IMG/VR virus record: IMGVR_UViG_2875455138_000005
Location: 62,001 to 87,243 of that record
Source: an uncultured virus (IMG/VR IMGVR_UViG_2875455138_000005)
Lineage: Duplodnaviria; Heunggongvirae; Uroviricota; Caudoviricetes
Reading direction: 5' to 3' (one strand)
Length of the DNA stretch: 25,243 nucleotides
The position numbers were made by a program, and so were the translations under genes. Position 1 is the first letter of the stretch. Each line of letters begins with the position of its first letter. This document shows, one piece after another, positions 17,311 through 23,805 of this stretch. The notes under the pieces are model-generated. The model did not search any database and had not been told where the DNA came from. It worked only from the letters and a program-made list of their open reading frames with translations.

Positions 17311-17622
17311 ATGGCTGAAACGAAAGAGTATGTACGGATTAAGAAGGCGCCCTGTAGATCGATATGGTATGCAGATAAGATTGGGAGCATTTTTCCTTCG
17401 TTAGGGACTTGGGAGAACGCGTATAAGGTCGATAGTCCGGACAGGGCGTTGTATATTCGAAAAGAAGACGCCGAACTCATCGTCACTGAAAAGCGACCAG
17501 CACCGTACGAATTAAACGATTCAATAGCAGCGCTGAAGCTCGGCGTACCTGAACACCTTTATCATCACGTTTGGTGCCTTATTTACGAAATCGAAGCATT
17601 ACAAGAGGAGGCCACAAGATGA
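17311..17622 (+). CDS. Phage hypothetical protein
   Basis: GGGAGGG RBS fits ATG at 17311. Confidence 0.7.
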   Translation: MAETKEYVRIKKAPCRSIWYADKIGSIFPSLGTWENAYKVDSPDRALYIRKEDAELIVTEKRPAPYELNDSIAALKLGVPEHLYHHVWCLIYEIEALQEEATR

Positions 17623-17960
17623 TCGATAAATTGACGAAAGATCAACTCGAAGTAATCCGAAAGCGTTCGGAGAAGGCTACGGAAGGCCCGTGGCGAATCG
17701 GGAAGCAATCACCAAACGGATTAAATAATATCGGAACAATTGGCGGATTACTGACTGCACAAACAACGGATGAAGAGGACGCAAATTTCATCGCAAACGC
17801 CCGCCAAGATATTCCGTCGCTACTCGATCACATTACTTTTCTAAACGAAGTAATATCGAGCTGCCGATGCGCTGAGTGTGGCGATGAATTGGGGGAAGAT
17901 TGGGCAACTAACAACGGAGTAGCGTTTTGCAATTACTGTGCTGGACTTAATTCTTTATGA
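17619..17960 (+). CDS. Ead/Ea22-like phage protein with C-terminal zinc ribbon
   Basis: EKATEGPW..DANFIANARQDIPSLLD motif; CAEC...CNYC; AGGAGG RBS. Confidence 0.75.
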   Translation: MIDKLTKDQLEVIRKRSEKATEGPWRIGKQSPNGLNNIGTIGGLLTAQTTDEEDANFIANARQDIPSLLDHITFLNEVISSCRCAECGDELGEDWATNNGVAFCNYCAGLNSL

Positions 17961-17989
17961 AATCTGTATTTTAAAGAGAAGGTGATGCA

Positions 17990-18112
17990 GTGAAAGAGTC
18001 GTTGAAGAATGATTTTCAAGAGTTTGTGAGTATTGCAAAAAGCTTTCTTGCTGTTTCTGGAGCAGTCTTTTGGTTATTGATAATTTCACTTGTTTTTGCT
18101 GGAGGCTATTAA
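17990..18112 (+). CDS. 40-aa single-TM peptide (not in ORF track)
   Basis: AAGGTGA RBS, GTG; MKESLKNDFQEFVSIAKSFLAVSGAVFWLLIISLVFAGGY. Confidence 0.65.
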   Translation: MKESLKNDFQEFVSIAKSFLAVSGAVFWLLIISLVFAGGY

Positions 18113-18113
18113 A

Positions 18114-18302
18114 ATGAATCAATCATATAAATTTAGTCTAGAAAAATTACCAATAGAAAGCTTAGAGAACCTGAAGACAGACATACAAAATAGAATTAAT
18201 GATGGCTTGCGTACTGATAACAACGTATACATAAAAGACCAAAGAAGAAAACTTCAAATCTTTTTAGACGAGCTGGTTAGACGAAGTACACTTGTTCACT
18301 AA
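18114..18302 (+). CDS. Phage hypothetical protein (62 aa)
   Basis: GGAGG RBS fits ATG at 18114. Confidence 0.75.
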   Translation: MNQSYKFSLEKLPIESLENLKTDIQNRINDGLRTDNNVYIKDQRRKLQIFLDELVRRSTLVH

Positions 18303-18316
18303 AGGAGGTGAATACA

Positions 18317-18355
18317 ATGCCAGAAGTACTTTACGGATTTGGAAGAGGAGCGTAA
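18317..18355 (+). CDS. 12-aa micro-ORF MPEVLYGFGRGA ending in an arbitrium-like hexapeptide
   Basis: AAAGGAGGTGA RBS at 18301-18311, ATG, TAA, then a hairpin. Confidence 0.75.
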   Translation: MPEVLYGFGRGA

Positions 18356-18377
18356 AAAAGAGGGGATTAATCCCCTC
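18354..18377 (-). terminator. Terminator of sspC, possibly bidirectional
   Basis: GAGGGGA-TTAA-TCCCCTC with A6 on the left (U6 on the minus strand). Confidence 0.8.
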
Positions 18378-18382
18378 ATAAA

Positions 18383-18595
18383 TTAATGAAATTGACCATT
18401 CATGCTTTGCTGAGCCATGCGAACCAAACGTTTTGTGATTTCTCCACCTACTGAGCCGTTTGCTCGGCTTGTTGTGTCTGCTCCCAGTTGAACACCAAAC
18501 TCAGAAGCAATTTCATACTTCATTTGTTCAAGGGCACCAGCAGCTTGAGGCACAAGTAATTCATTGCTGTTGTTTGATCTGTTTTGTTGAGCCAT
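18383..18595 (-). CDS. sspC: Alpha/beta-type small acid-soluble spore protein
   Basis: [37 protein letters not shown] signature; AGGAG RBS. Confidence 0.95.
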   Translation of the reverse strand: MAQQNRSNNSNELLVPQAAGALEQMKYEIASEFGVQLGADTTSRANGSVGGEITKRLVRMAQQSMNGQFH

Positions 18596-18639
18596 ATGAT
18601 CATCTCCTAAAGTAGTATGTAAACAAGTTTGTTCAATTG

Positions 18640-18668
18640 TAGTGTGTGGAGATGATTTGAAAATATAC
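18640..18668 (-). promoter_or_regulatory. SigG-type promoter of sspC
   Basis: Minus strand GTATA-N17-CACACTA. Confidence 0.6.
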
Positions 18669-18696
18669 ACATTAAATTTGAAGTGAGGTGATTTAA

Positions 18697-18720
18697 ATGT
18701 CGATTGGTCATGGAGCATAA
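18697..18720 (+). CDS. 7-aa micro-ORF MSIGHGA (arbitrium-like hexapeptide after Met removal)
   Basis: GAGGTGA RBS at 18685-18691, 5-nt spacer, ATG TCG ATT GGT CAT GGA GCA TAA. Confidence 0.7.
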   Translation: MSIGHGA

Positions 18721-18754
18721 GTTAACACGTACTTAAACAAAGAAGGGGGATAAA

Positions 18755-19582
18755 ATGAAAATCGATTATGTTTCAGATCTGCATATTAATCACTGGATAC
18801 CTTGGAACAATAACCAAATCAAATGGGAAAGGCGAACAAGGGAGATTATTAGAAGGTTGATATCTAATGGAAATGGAGAGGTATTAATCATTGCCGGTGA
18901 CTTTACTGAGTGGAATCAACAGACACTATGGGTACTTGATGAAGTAGCAAAGCAGTATGAAAAGGTCTACTTCACATATGGTAATCATGATCTTTATCTA
19001 CTCAGTAAAAATCAGCAACGAAAATATTCCGATTCTTTGGGAAGGGTGCATGATTTAATTCAGAAGGCAGCAGACATCAATAATGTCACTCCATTAATAA
19101 AGTCTACGGATACATACAAAGGAAAAGCCTTTGCTGGAGATGTCATGTGGTATCTTCCAAAAGGAAATGAAGGATGGGATTTCTTCAAAGGTGTCTCCAA
19201 TGATTCAAACTATATCAGCCTAAATGGATACAACAAAGAAGATGGGGTAAGAGCAATGTGGAAAGAATCAATGGATTGGTATGATACTCTTGAAAACTCT
19301 CACATTGATGTATTTGTCTCACATGTCCCACCTGTTCACAATCCCTGTTCTCCGTTTGAGCCTAACAGCTGCTATATGGTCGATTTGCCATTCATTAATG
19401 CCGAACATTGGATTTGTGGACACGATCATTTACAAGCTGAGTTTTATATAGAAGGAACGAGCTTTCACATGAACTGTATTGGATATCCGTATGACTATGA
19501 TATGTACCCAAGAGTAAATGAGATACCAGGTAATCAAGTTGATACGTATAAAACGTTTGAGCTGAAGACATTTGAAATTTGA
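18755..19582 (+). CDS. yotB: Calcineurin-like metallophosphoesterase
   Basis: SDLH, AGD, GNHD, SHVPP, GHDH motifs; next to sspC as in SPbeta. Confidence 0.9.
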   Translation: MKIDYVSDLHINHWIPWNNNQIKWERRTREIIRRLISNGNGEVLIIAGDFTEWNQQTLWVLDEVAKQYEKVYFTYGNHDLYLLSKNQQRKYSDSLGRVHDLIQKAADINNVTPLIKSTDTYKGKAFAGDVMWYLPKGNEGWDFFKGVSNDSNYISLNGYNKEDGVRAMWKESMDWYDTLENSHIDVFVSHVPPVHNPCSPFEPNSCYMVDLPFINAEHWICGHDHLQAEFYIEGTSFHMNCIGYPYDYDMYPRVNEIPGNQVDTYKTFELKTFEI

Positions 19583-19591
19583 GGTGAAACC

Positions 19592-19813
19592 GTGAAGAAA
19601 AAATCAGATGATGTGTGGACAGTCGTGTATAAAGATCATGATGAAGAACCTAATGCTTATTCATACTATTCCAAATTAGATGCAGAGACGGCAAAACTGA
19701 CAATTGAAAAATCAAACGGTACTCAGTTAGTCAATGAAAAGGAAGAAGTCGTTGGGCATATTCATTTAGACTGGGTCTATTTAATCCAAGGAAGGTTATT
19801 TAAAACTGACTAA
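19592..19813 (+). CDS. Phage hypothetical protein
   Basis: GAGGTGA RBS, GTG. Confidence 0.75.
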   Translation: MKKKSDDVWTVVYKDHDEEPNAYSYYSKLDAETAKLTIEKSNGTQLVNEKEEVVGHIHLDWVYLIQGRLFKTD

Positions 19814-19862
19814 GATAGAGAAAATAAAATTCTAATTTTATACGAAAGAGGGGGGATTGAAT

Positions 19863-20051
19863 ATGAAGAGAATGGAGCAGCCGGAAATTAACGATATCAA
19901 AACTTTAAAAGAGAATATTAGTAATTTCACAGTGGAGCTGGAGAAGGGGGATAAAGTCCAAATTATTGATATCGGTGAAAGAGGTTATGACTTGCGGCAT
20001 GTTGACAGCGGTGAAGTGTTGAGGGAATGTGGATGGGATTTATTCGTTTAA
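19863..20051 (+). CDS. Small phage protein, possible SH3-like beta fold
   Basis: GAGGGGGGA RBS; LEKGDKVQIIDIGERGYDL. Confidence 0.7.
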   Translation: MKRMEQPEINDIKTLKENISNFTVELEKGDKVQIIDIGERGYDLRHVDSGEVLRECGWDLFV

Positions 20052-20087
20052 AATATTGATTTCCTACAGAAACGTGGTGATGACTTA

Positions 20088-20300
20088 ATGAGTTCATTTG
20101 AAGAATTGGCTAGAGAAAATGAAAAAATTGCTAGAAGGAAAGCAAAACGTATTCAAAGAGCTAGAGAATACACCTATCATATCGAACTCTCCTTTTCAAA
20201 AGCTGATCCGATATTAAAATCATTTCTTACTCAGTCTTTTGATGAATTAAGAAAGATTTTAAAGAATGATGATAAAGAAGATAATAAATATAACATTTGA
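20088..20300 (+). CDS. Phage hypothetical protein
   Basis: GGTGA RBS, ATG. Confidence 0.7.
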   Translation: MSSFEELARENEKIARRKAKRIQRAREYTYHIELSFSKADPILKSFLTQSFDELRKILKNDDKEDNKYNI

Positions 20301-20319
20301 ATGAAGAGGAGATGGCTGT

Positions 20320-20563
20320 ATGGCAATAAAAGAGAGGGGTAATTCACTTATACAAATATGATTTTGAAGATGGAAAATATGCTCTAAATATAGGTTGTGA
20401 TGGGTCTGCCAACTTAGACACAAAGGCATTTAGAATAATGTTAAATCAATGCGTAGGGCATCCTAACATGACGCTATTTGATGATAAGTCTAAAAGGGAT
20501 AAGAGGTATGTAAAAGCAAGAAGAATGCTTTTAGATGCAGGATATACAATAGAAGAAAAATAG
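20320..20563 (+). pseudogene. Frameshifted ~80-aa phage gene
   Basis: GAGGAG RBS and ATG 20320; removing one A from the run at 20328-20331 gives MAIKRGVIHLYKYDFEDGKY...GYTIEEK. Confidence 0.6.
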
Positions 20564-20607
20564 ATAAAATGTTTCTAATTTTATACCGGAAGAGAGGGAT
20601 TACTACT

Positions 20608-20784
20608 ATGATTGGGAAAGCACTATACAATAATTCATGGTTTGAAGTTGCAAATATCAACTTTGACTCAGGGCATATCATAATTAAAAACGACAGTGAA
20701 AACTCGTTGGGTTTGAGAATAGGTGAAACACTGACACTTGACCTTGATTACGTCGATGATGTAAAAATTGGACTTTTGCTGTGA
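20608..20784 (+). CDS. Phage hypothetical protein (58 aa)
   Basis: GAGAGGGA RBS fits ATG at 20608. Confidence 0.7.
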   Translation: MIGKALYNNSWFEVANINFDSGHIIIKNDSENSLGLRIGETLTLDLDYVDDVKIGLLL

Positions 20785-20857
20785 ATGCATAAAATGCTGA
20801 CTTAATTTGTAAAGGGAAATTAAGGTTGGGGTCGTCTGACTTTATAGGAGGAATAAA

Positions 20858-21049
20858 ATGAATGAAATGTTTTGGCTACATCAATATGCAATATATTTAA
20901 ACAATCAAATTTGGTCTTTGCGAGAATTTGGCAAACTTGAAAACATTAGATTAGAACAAGCTGAAGACATTATTGAATGCTTACCCAAAAGCAAAATTGC
21001 TTTAGAGTTTGCAAACAGTCAGCAGGTAAATTTATCGCTAACCAACTAA
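20858..21049 (+). CDS. Phage hypothetical protein (63 aa)
   Basis: AGGAGG RBS, ATG. Confidence 0.75.
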   Translation: MNEMFWLHQYAIYLNNQIWSLREFGKLENIRLEQAEDIIECLPKSKIALEFANSQQVNLSLTN

Positions 21050-21110
21050 GAGCATCTGTGTCTGAAATAATGAAAGAAGAACCTCATAAGTGTGAGAGGG
21101 GGAATTAATA

Positions 21111-21272
21111 ATGAGTATGCAAAGAGGAGCAAATACACCGGTGGAGTTGGCTAAATCAATTCAGAAACTCGGAAGGGAAATGCTAGAATTTAGGGACTGT
21201 ATCAATGGTATTCGTGAAATTGTTATTACTCTAGATGAAGATGATGGGTCATTTACGATTACAACAGATTAA
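21111..21272 (+). CDS. 53-aa phage protein (not in ORF track)
   Basis: GAGGGGGA RBS; MSMQRGANTPVELAKSIQKLG...FTITTD. Confidence 0.65.
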   Translation: MSMQRGANTPVELAKSIQKLGREMLEFRDCINGIREIVITLDEDDGSFTITTD

Positions 21273-21304
21273 AATGTTGATTTCATTTAGAAAGGGGGAC
21301 GGGG

Positions 21305-21982
21305 ATGGACGATTATCTACAAATACTTAATGAGGTTAAACCGATAGAAATGCTATTAACAACAAAAGAATTCACTGTTCAGATGATAAGTGTTTACTAC
21401 GAAGTTCCTGAAGATACAATTAAATCAGTACTTAAAAGGAACATGAAACTCCTTAAGCAATATGCAGAAATAAGAACAGTTGAAATGAAAATATTGAAAC
21501 ATGAATCAGCAATTTTTAAATCAGCCAGATTTAAAAAAGTTAGAAAGTTATCGTTAGTCAATATATACGGTTTCCTTAGGATAGGCTTACTTTTGCACAA
21601 CAGTATCATAGCGAGGGAATTTCAGAAAAATGTTAGGCATCTTGACCTGCCGGAAAGGCTAACAGATATCGTGATCGGGAGTGCCGAATATAAAGCAAAA
21701 GAAAAGAAGCTGGGTTTATTTATCAGCACGGCTTTTAGTGGCATTTTCAGTATCGAGCAGCAAGTAAAATGTGGAGCTTATTTTATTGATTATGTAATAG
21801 ATAAAAAGGTTGCTATCGAATGTGATGAACACGGGCATAAATATTACTCAAAACATAAGGAATTGGAAAGAGAAGAATACATAAAAAGAAATGGATATAA
21901 ACTAATTAGATTCAATCCAGATAGTGAGGAATCAATTTTTAAACTGATCAACAGAGTATTTATGGAATGTCAAACTGCATAA
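21305..21982 (+). CDS. Protein with putative N-terminal DNA-binding domain and C-terminal DUF559/Vsr-like PD-(D/E)xK nuclease
   Basis: IEQQVKCGAYFIDY..VAIECDEHGH..REEYIKRNGYKLIRFNPD. Confidence 0.75.
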   Translation: MDDYLQILNEVKPIEMLLTTKEFTVQMISVYYEVPEDTIKSVLKRNMKLLKQYAEIRTVEMKILKHESAIFKSARFKKVRKLSLVNIYGFLRIGLLLHNSIIAREFQKNVRHLDLPERLTDIVIGSAEYKAKEKKLGLFISTAFSGIFSIEQQVKCGAYFIDYVIDKKVAIECDEHGHKYYSKHKELEREEYIKRNGYKLIRFNPDSEESIFKLINRVFMECQTA

Positions 21983-22014
21983 AATCGGTCTTTTAAAAAG
22001 AAAGGAATGATTTT

Positions 22015-22472
22015 TTGATAACAGTAGTTAAAGGCGATATTCTAAGTGCATCTGAGGATATCATTTGTCATCAAGTAAATTGTCAAGGAGTTATGGGTGC
22101 TGGATTGGCGAAGCAAATCAAAGAAAAGTATCCATCTGCATACAGAGTTTATAAATACATGTGCGACAACGTAGTATACAAGCCTGACTTGTTAGGAAAG
22201 GTTCGGGAGTGAAAGAGCATGACGGAAAGATTATTGCCCATATCTTCGGACAACTCTCTTATGGAAGAGGGAGGGTATTCACCGACTATGAAGCTTTAAA
22301 GTGGGGCTTAGAGCTAATTAAAACCTCAGCTATGACAAATAGAAGATCCATTGCCTTGCCTTATGGAATCGGGTGCGGCTTGGCGGGTGGAAATTGGAAT
22401 GATGTGAACAAAATGATCGAATCCATCTTCGAGGACTACGAAGTGACAATTTACAAGTTAGGTCAGAACTAA
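22015..22472 (+). pseudogene. Macro domain protein (TARG1/Poa1p/DarG-like) split by a 1-nt frameshift into ORFs 22015-22212 and 22209-22472
   Basis: VKGDIL..IICHQVNCQGVMGAGLAKQIK in ORF1; IALPYGIGCGLAGGNW in ORF2; adding one G to CGGGA at 22204-22208 fuses them. Confidence 0.85.
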
Positions 22473-22516
22473 TTTTAGGATAAAAATAAAATAAGATGAT
22501 TAGGGGGTGAGTAGAG

Positions 22517-22702
22517 ATAGCTGAAGAACTTAAAACAATTCAAATACTGTACAACAAAATGGAAAGACAAATGAGCACAGTTAAGGAAGCTCTCGAGAAC
22601 AAAGAATACGAAAGAGCCCACCGTAACCTAATCAACCTTTCGGATAATAATGAAGAATTGATGCAGGAAATCAGATGGACTCAAAAAGGGATTAAGATTT
22701 AA
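22517..22702 (+). CDS. 61-aa helical phage protein with ATA start (not in ORF track)
   Basis: GGGGGTGA RBS, ATA-AEELKTIQILYNKMERQM...KGIKI; overlaps the convergent XRE gene by 11 nt. Confidence 0.65.
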   Translation: MAEELKTIQILYNKMERQMSTVKEALENKEYERAHRNLINLSDNNEELMQEIRWTQKGIKI

Positions 22703-22931
22703 CTTTTCTTCTTTCTTTATGGTTCCATTCGTACAGCTCTTCAATTGAGCAACCAATGGCATCGGCAAAAGTCATGCCCGTAGCTAAGTTCATATTTGCT
22801 TTAGCTCCACTTATATAATCGTGGATACGTTGTCTCGGGTATCCTGTGCGTTTGAATAGGTCATCAACTGTGAGGCCATATTCAAACATTAATTCATTTA
22901 AACGTGGGCGTAGGGGTGTCCATTGCTTCAT
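22692..22931 (-). CDS. yotL: XRE-family helix-turn-helix regulator (YotL-like)
   Basis: LTVDDLFKRTGYPRQRIHDYISG..NMNLATGMTFADAIGCSIEELY; position before the RecU-like gene. Confidence 0.8.
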   Translation of the reverse strand: MKQWTPLRPRLNELMFEYGLTVDDLFKRTGYPRQRIHDYISGAKANMNLATGMTFADAIGCSIEELYEWNHKERRKVKS

Positions 22932-22967
22932 TTCGTACACTTCTTTCAATATTAATTGACATAAAAC

Positions 22968-22996
22968 AGTGTAGCAAAGGTTTATTTTAATTTCAA
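22968..22996 (-). promoter_or_regulatory. SigA-type promoter for the XRE gene
   Basis: Minus strand TTGAAA-N17-TACACT with TG extension. Confidence 0.6.
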
Positions 22997-23028
22997 TTTT
23001 GATTTCAATATTTTAGGAGAGTGATTGA

Positions 23029-23583
23029 TTGGCAGGTACAAACCAGGGTAAGGTTTTTGAAGCAAATATAGAAAAATCAGCTGCAGATCAAAAGCTGTTC
23101 TTCTACAGAATTAAAGATGTAAATCCAGTGTTTTTAAAAAGGGGAGCTGCAGTATCAAAAAACAAATATGACTGCTTTCTATTCTTTAAGGGATACTTGT
23201 TCCCCTTTGAGCTTAAATCAACAAAGGATAAGTCTGTATCCTTCAGTGAAAAGATCATCAAGCCACAACAGATTAAACACTTAAAAGAGGCTACTCAATA
23301 TTCAAATGTAATCCCTGGGTTTCTGTTTCAATTTAGAGAGCCAGAAAATAAAGTTTATTTCGTACATATTAATGATTTCCTTACATATAAGAACATAGCT
23401 GAAAAACAGTTGAAACATAGATATAAGAATAAAGTAAACAAAGCCAGCATTCCAATTGCAATTTGCGAAGAGATCGGCACAGAAATTCGTTCGATGAAGA
23501 AAAAAGTAAACTATACATATTACTTGAACAAGCTTTGCGATGATTTGATTAAAAAAGAACAGCAGAGTGTGAGCGCTGTATGA
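23029..23583 (+). CDS. yotM: RecU-like Holliday junction resolvase (YotM-like)
   Basis: NQGKVFEANI, YDC..FELKST, IKPQQIKHL motifs. Confidence 0.8.
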   Translation: MAGTNQGKVFEANIEKSAADQKLFFYRIKDVNPVFLKRGAAVSKNKYDCFLFFKGYLFPFELKSTKDKSVSFSEKIIKPQQIKHLKEATQYSNVIPGFLFQFREPENKVYFVHINDFLTYKNIAEKQLKHRYKNKVNKASIPIAICEEIGTEIRSMKKKVNYTYYLNKLCDDLIKKEQQSVSAV

Positions 23584-23744
23584 GTGAGTTCGTTAAATCA
23601 TCTTCAAAGCAATCGTTTGAAATAGAAAAATATCATATAACGATTGAAAGCATGAATCAACCATCGGCTGAAGCAATTAAGAAAGTCAATTTAAAAGTGA
23701 ATGAAGTAATGTCTAATTTATTAGCAAAAGAAAAGAGCCATTAA
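23580..23744 (+). CDS. 54-aa protein, probable recombination directionality factor at the SprB position (not in ORF track)
   Basis: ATGA overlap with yotM; last phage gene before the att site; function inferred from synteny only. Confidence 0.6.
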   Translation: MSEFVKSSSKQSFEIEKYHITIESMNQPSAEAIKKVNLKVNEVMSNLLAKEKSH

Positions 23745-23757
23745 TCTGGCTCTTTTT
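23731..23757 (+). terminator. Rho-independent terminator
   Basis: AAAAGAGCCA-TTAATC-TGGCTCTTTT then T. Confidence 0.85.
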
Positions 23758-23805
23758 ATTGTTGTACTTAAACTATAATGCTTGTGACGATTATCGGGAT
23801 GACCT
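23758..23805. other. attR prophage/host junction inside pbuX (crossover near 23781-23785)
   Basis: PbuX homology begins abruptly at VTIIG (normally preceded by PPVVTGSV); base composition shifts here. Confidence 0.75.

Larger units (their letters stand above)
1..23781. mobile_element. Right arm of an SPbeta/phi3T-like temperate prophage (continues beyond window start)
   Basis: Gene order yosL-nrdI-nrdE-nrdF-redoxin-dut ... sspC-yotB ... XRE-RecU-like-small ORF matches the SPbeta right arm; AT-rich, dense small co-oriented genes; abrupt switch to GC-richer, 5'-truncated pbuX. Confidence 0.93.

Noticed and set aside
17217..17486. N-terminal extension of the 121-aa minus-strand ORF
   Set aside because: Strong RBS and promoter sit just before ATG 17216; the extension is antisense to another gene
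18596..18718. 41-aa N-terminal extension of sspC in the ORF track
   Set aside because: RBS and SASP homology place the start at 18595
1074..21609. Minus-strand ORFs overlapping real genes (1074, 2146, 3662, 3810, 4757, 5385, 7598, 7840, 8466, 9407, 10992, 13694, 14831, 15221, 15695, 16722, 20490, 21397)
   Set aside because: Antisense shadows of better-supported genes, with no recognisable motifs
22956..22984. Perfect TTGACA on the plus strand upstream of yotM
   Set aside because: No SigA -10 at 16-18 bp spacing
23450..23580. Mother-cell SigE/SigK promoter for the SprB-position gene
   Set aside because: No convincing consensus match by eye
18729..23773. GTACTTAAAC shared between 18729 and the attR region (23764)
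   Set aside because: A 10-bp match is expected by chance in AT-rich 25 kb
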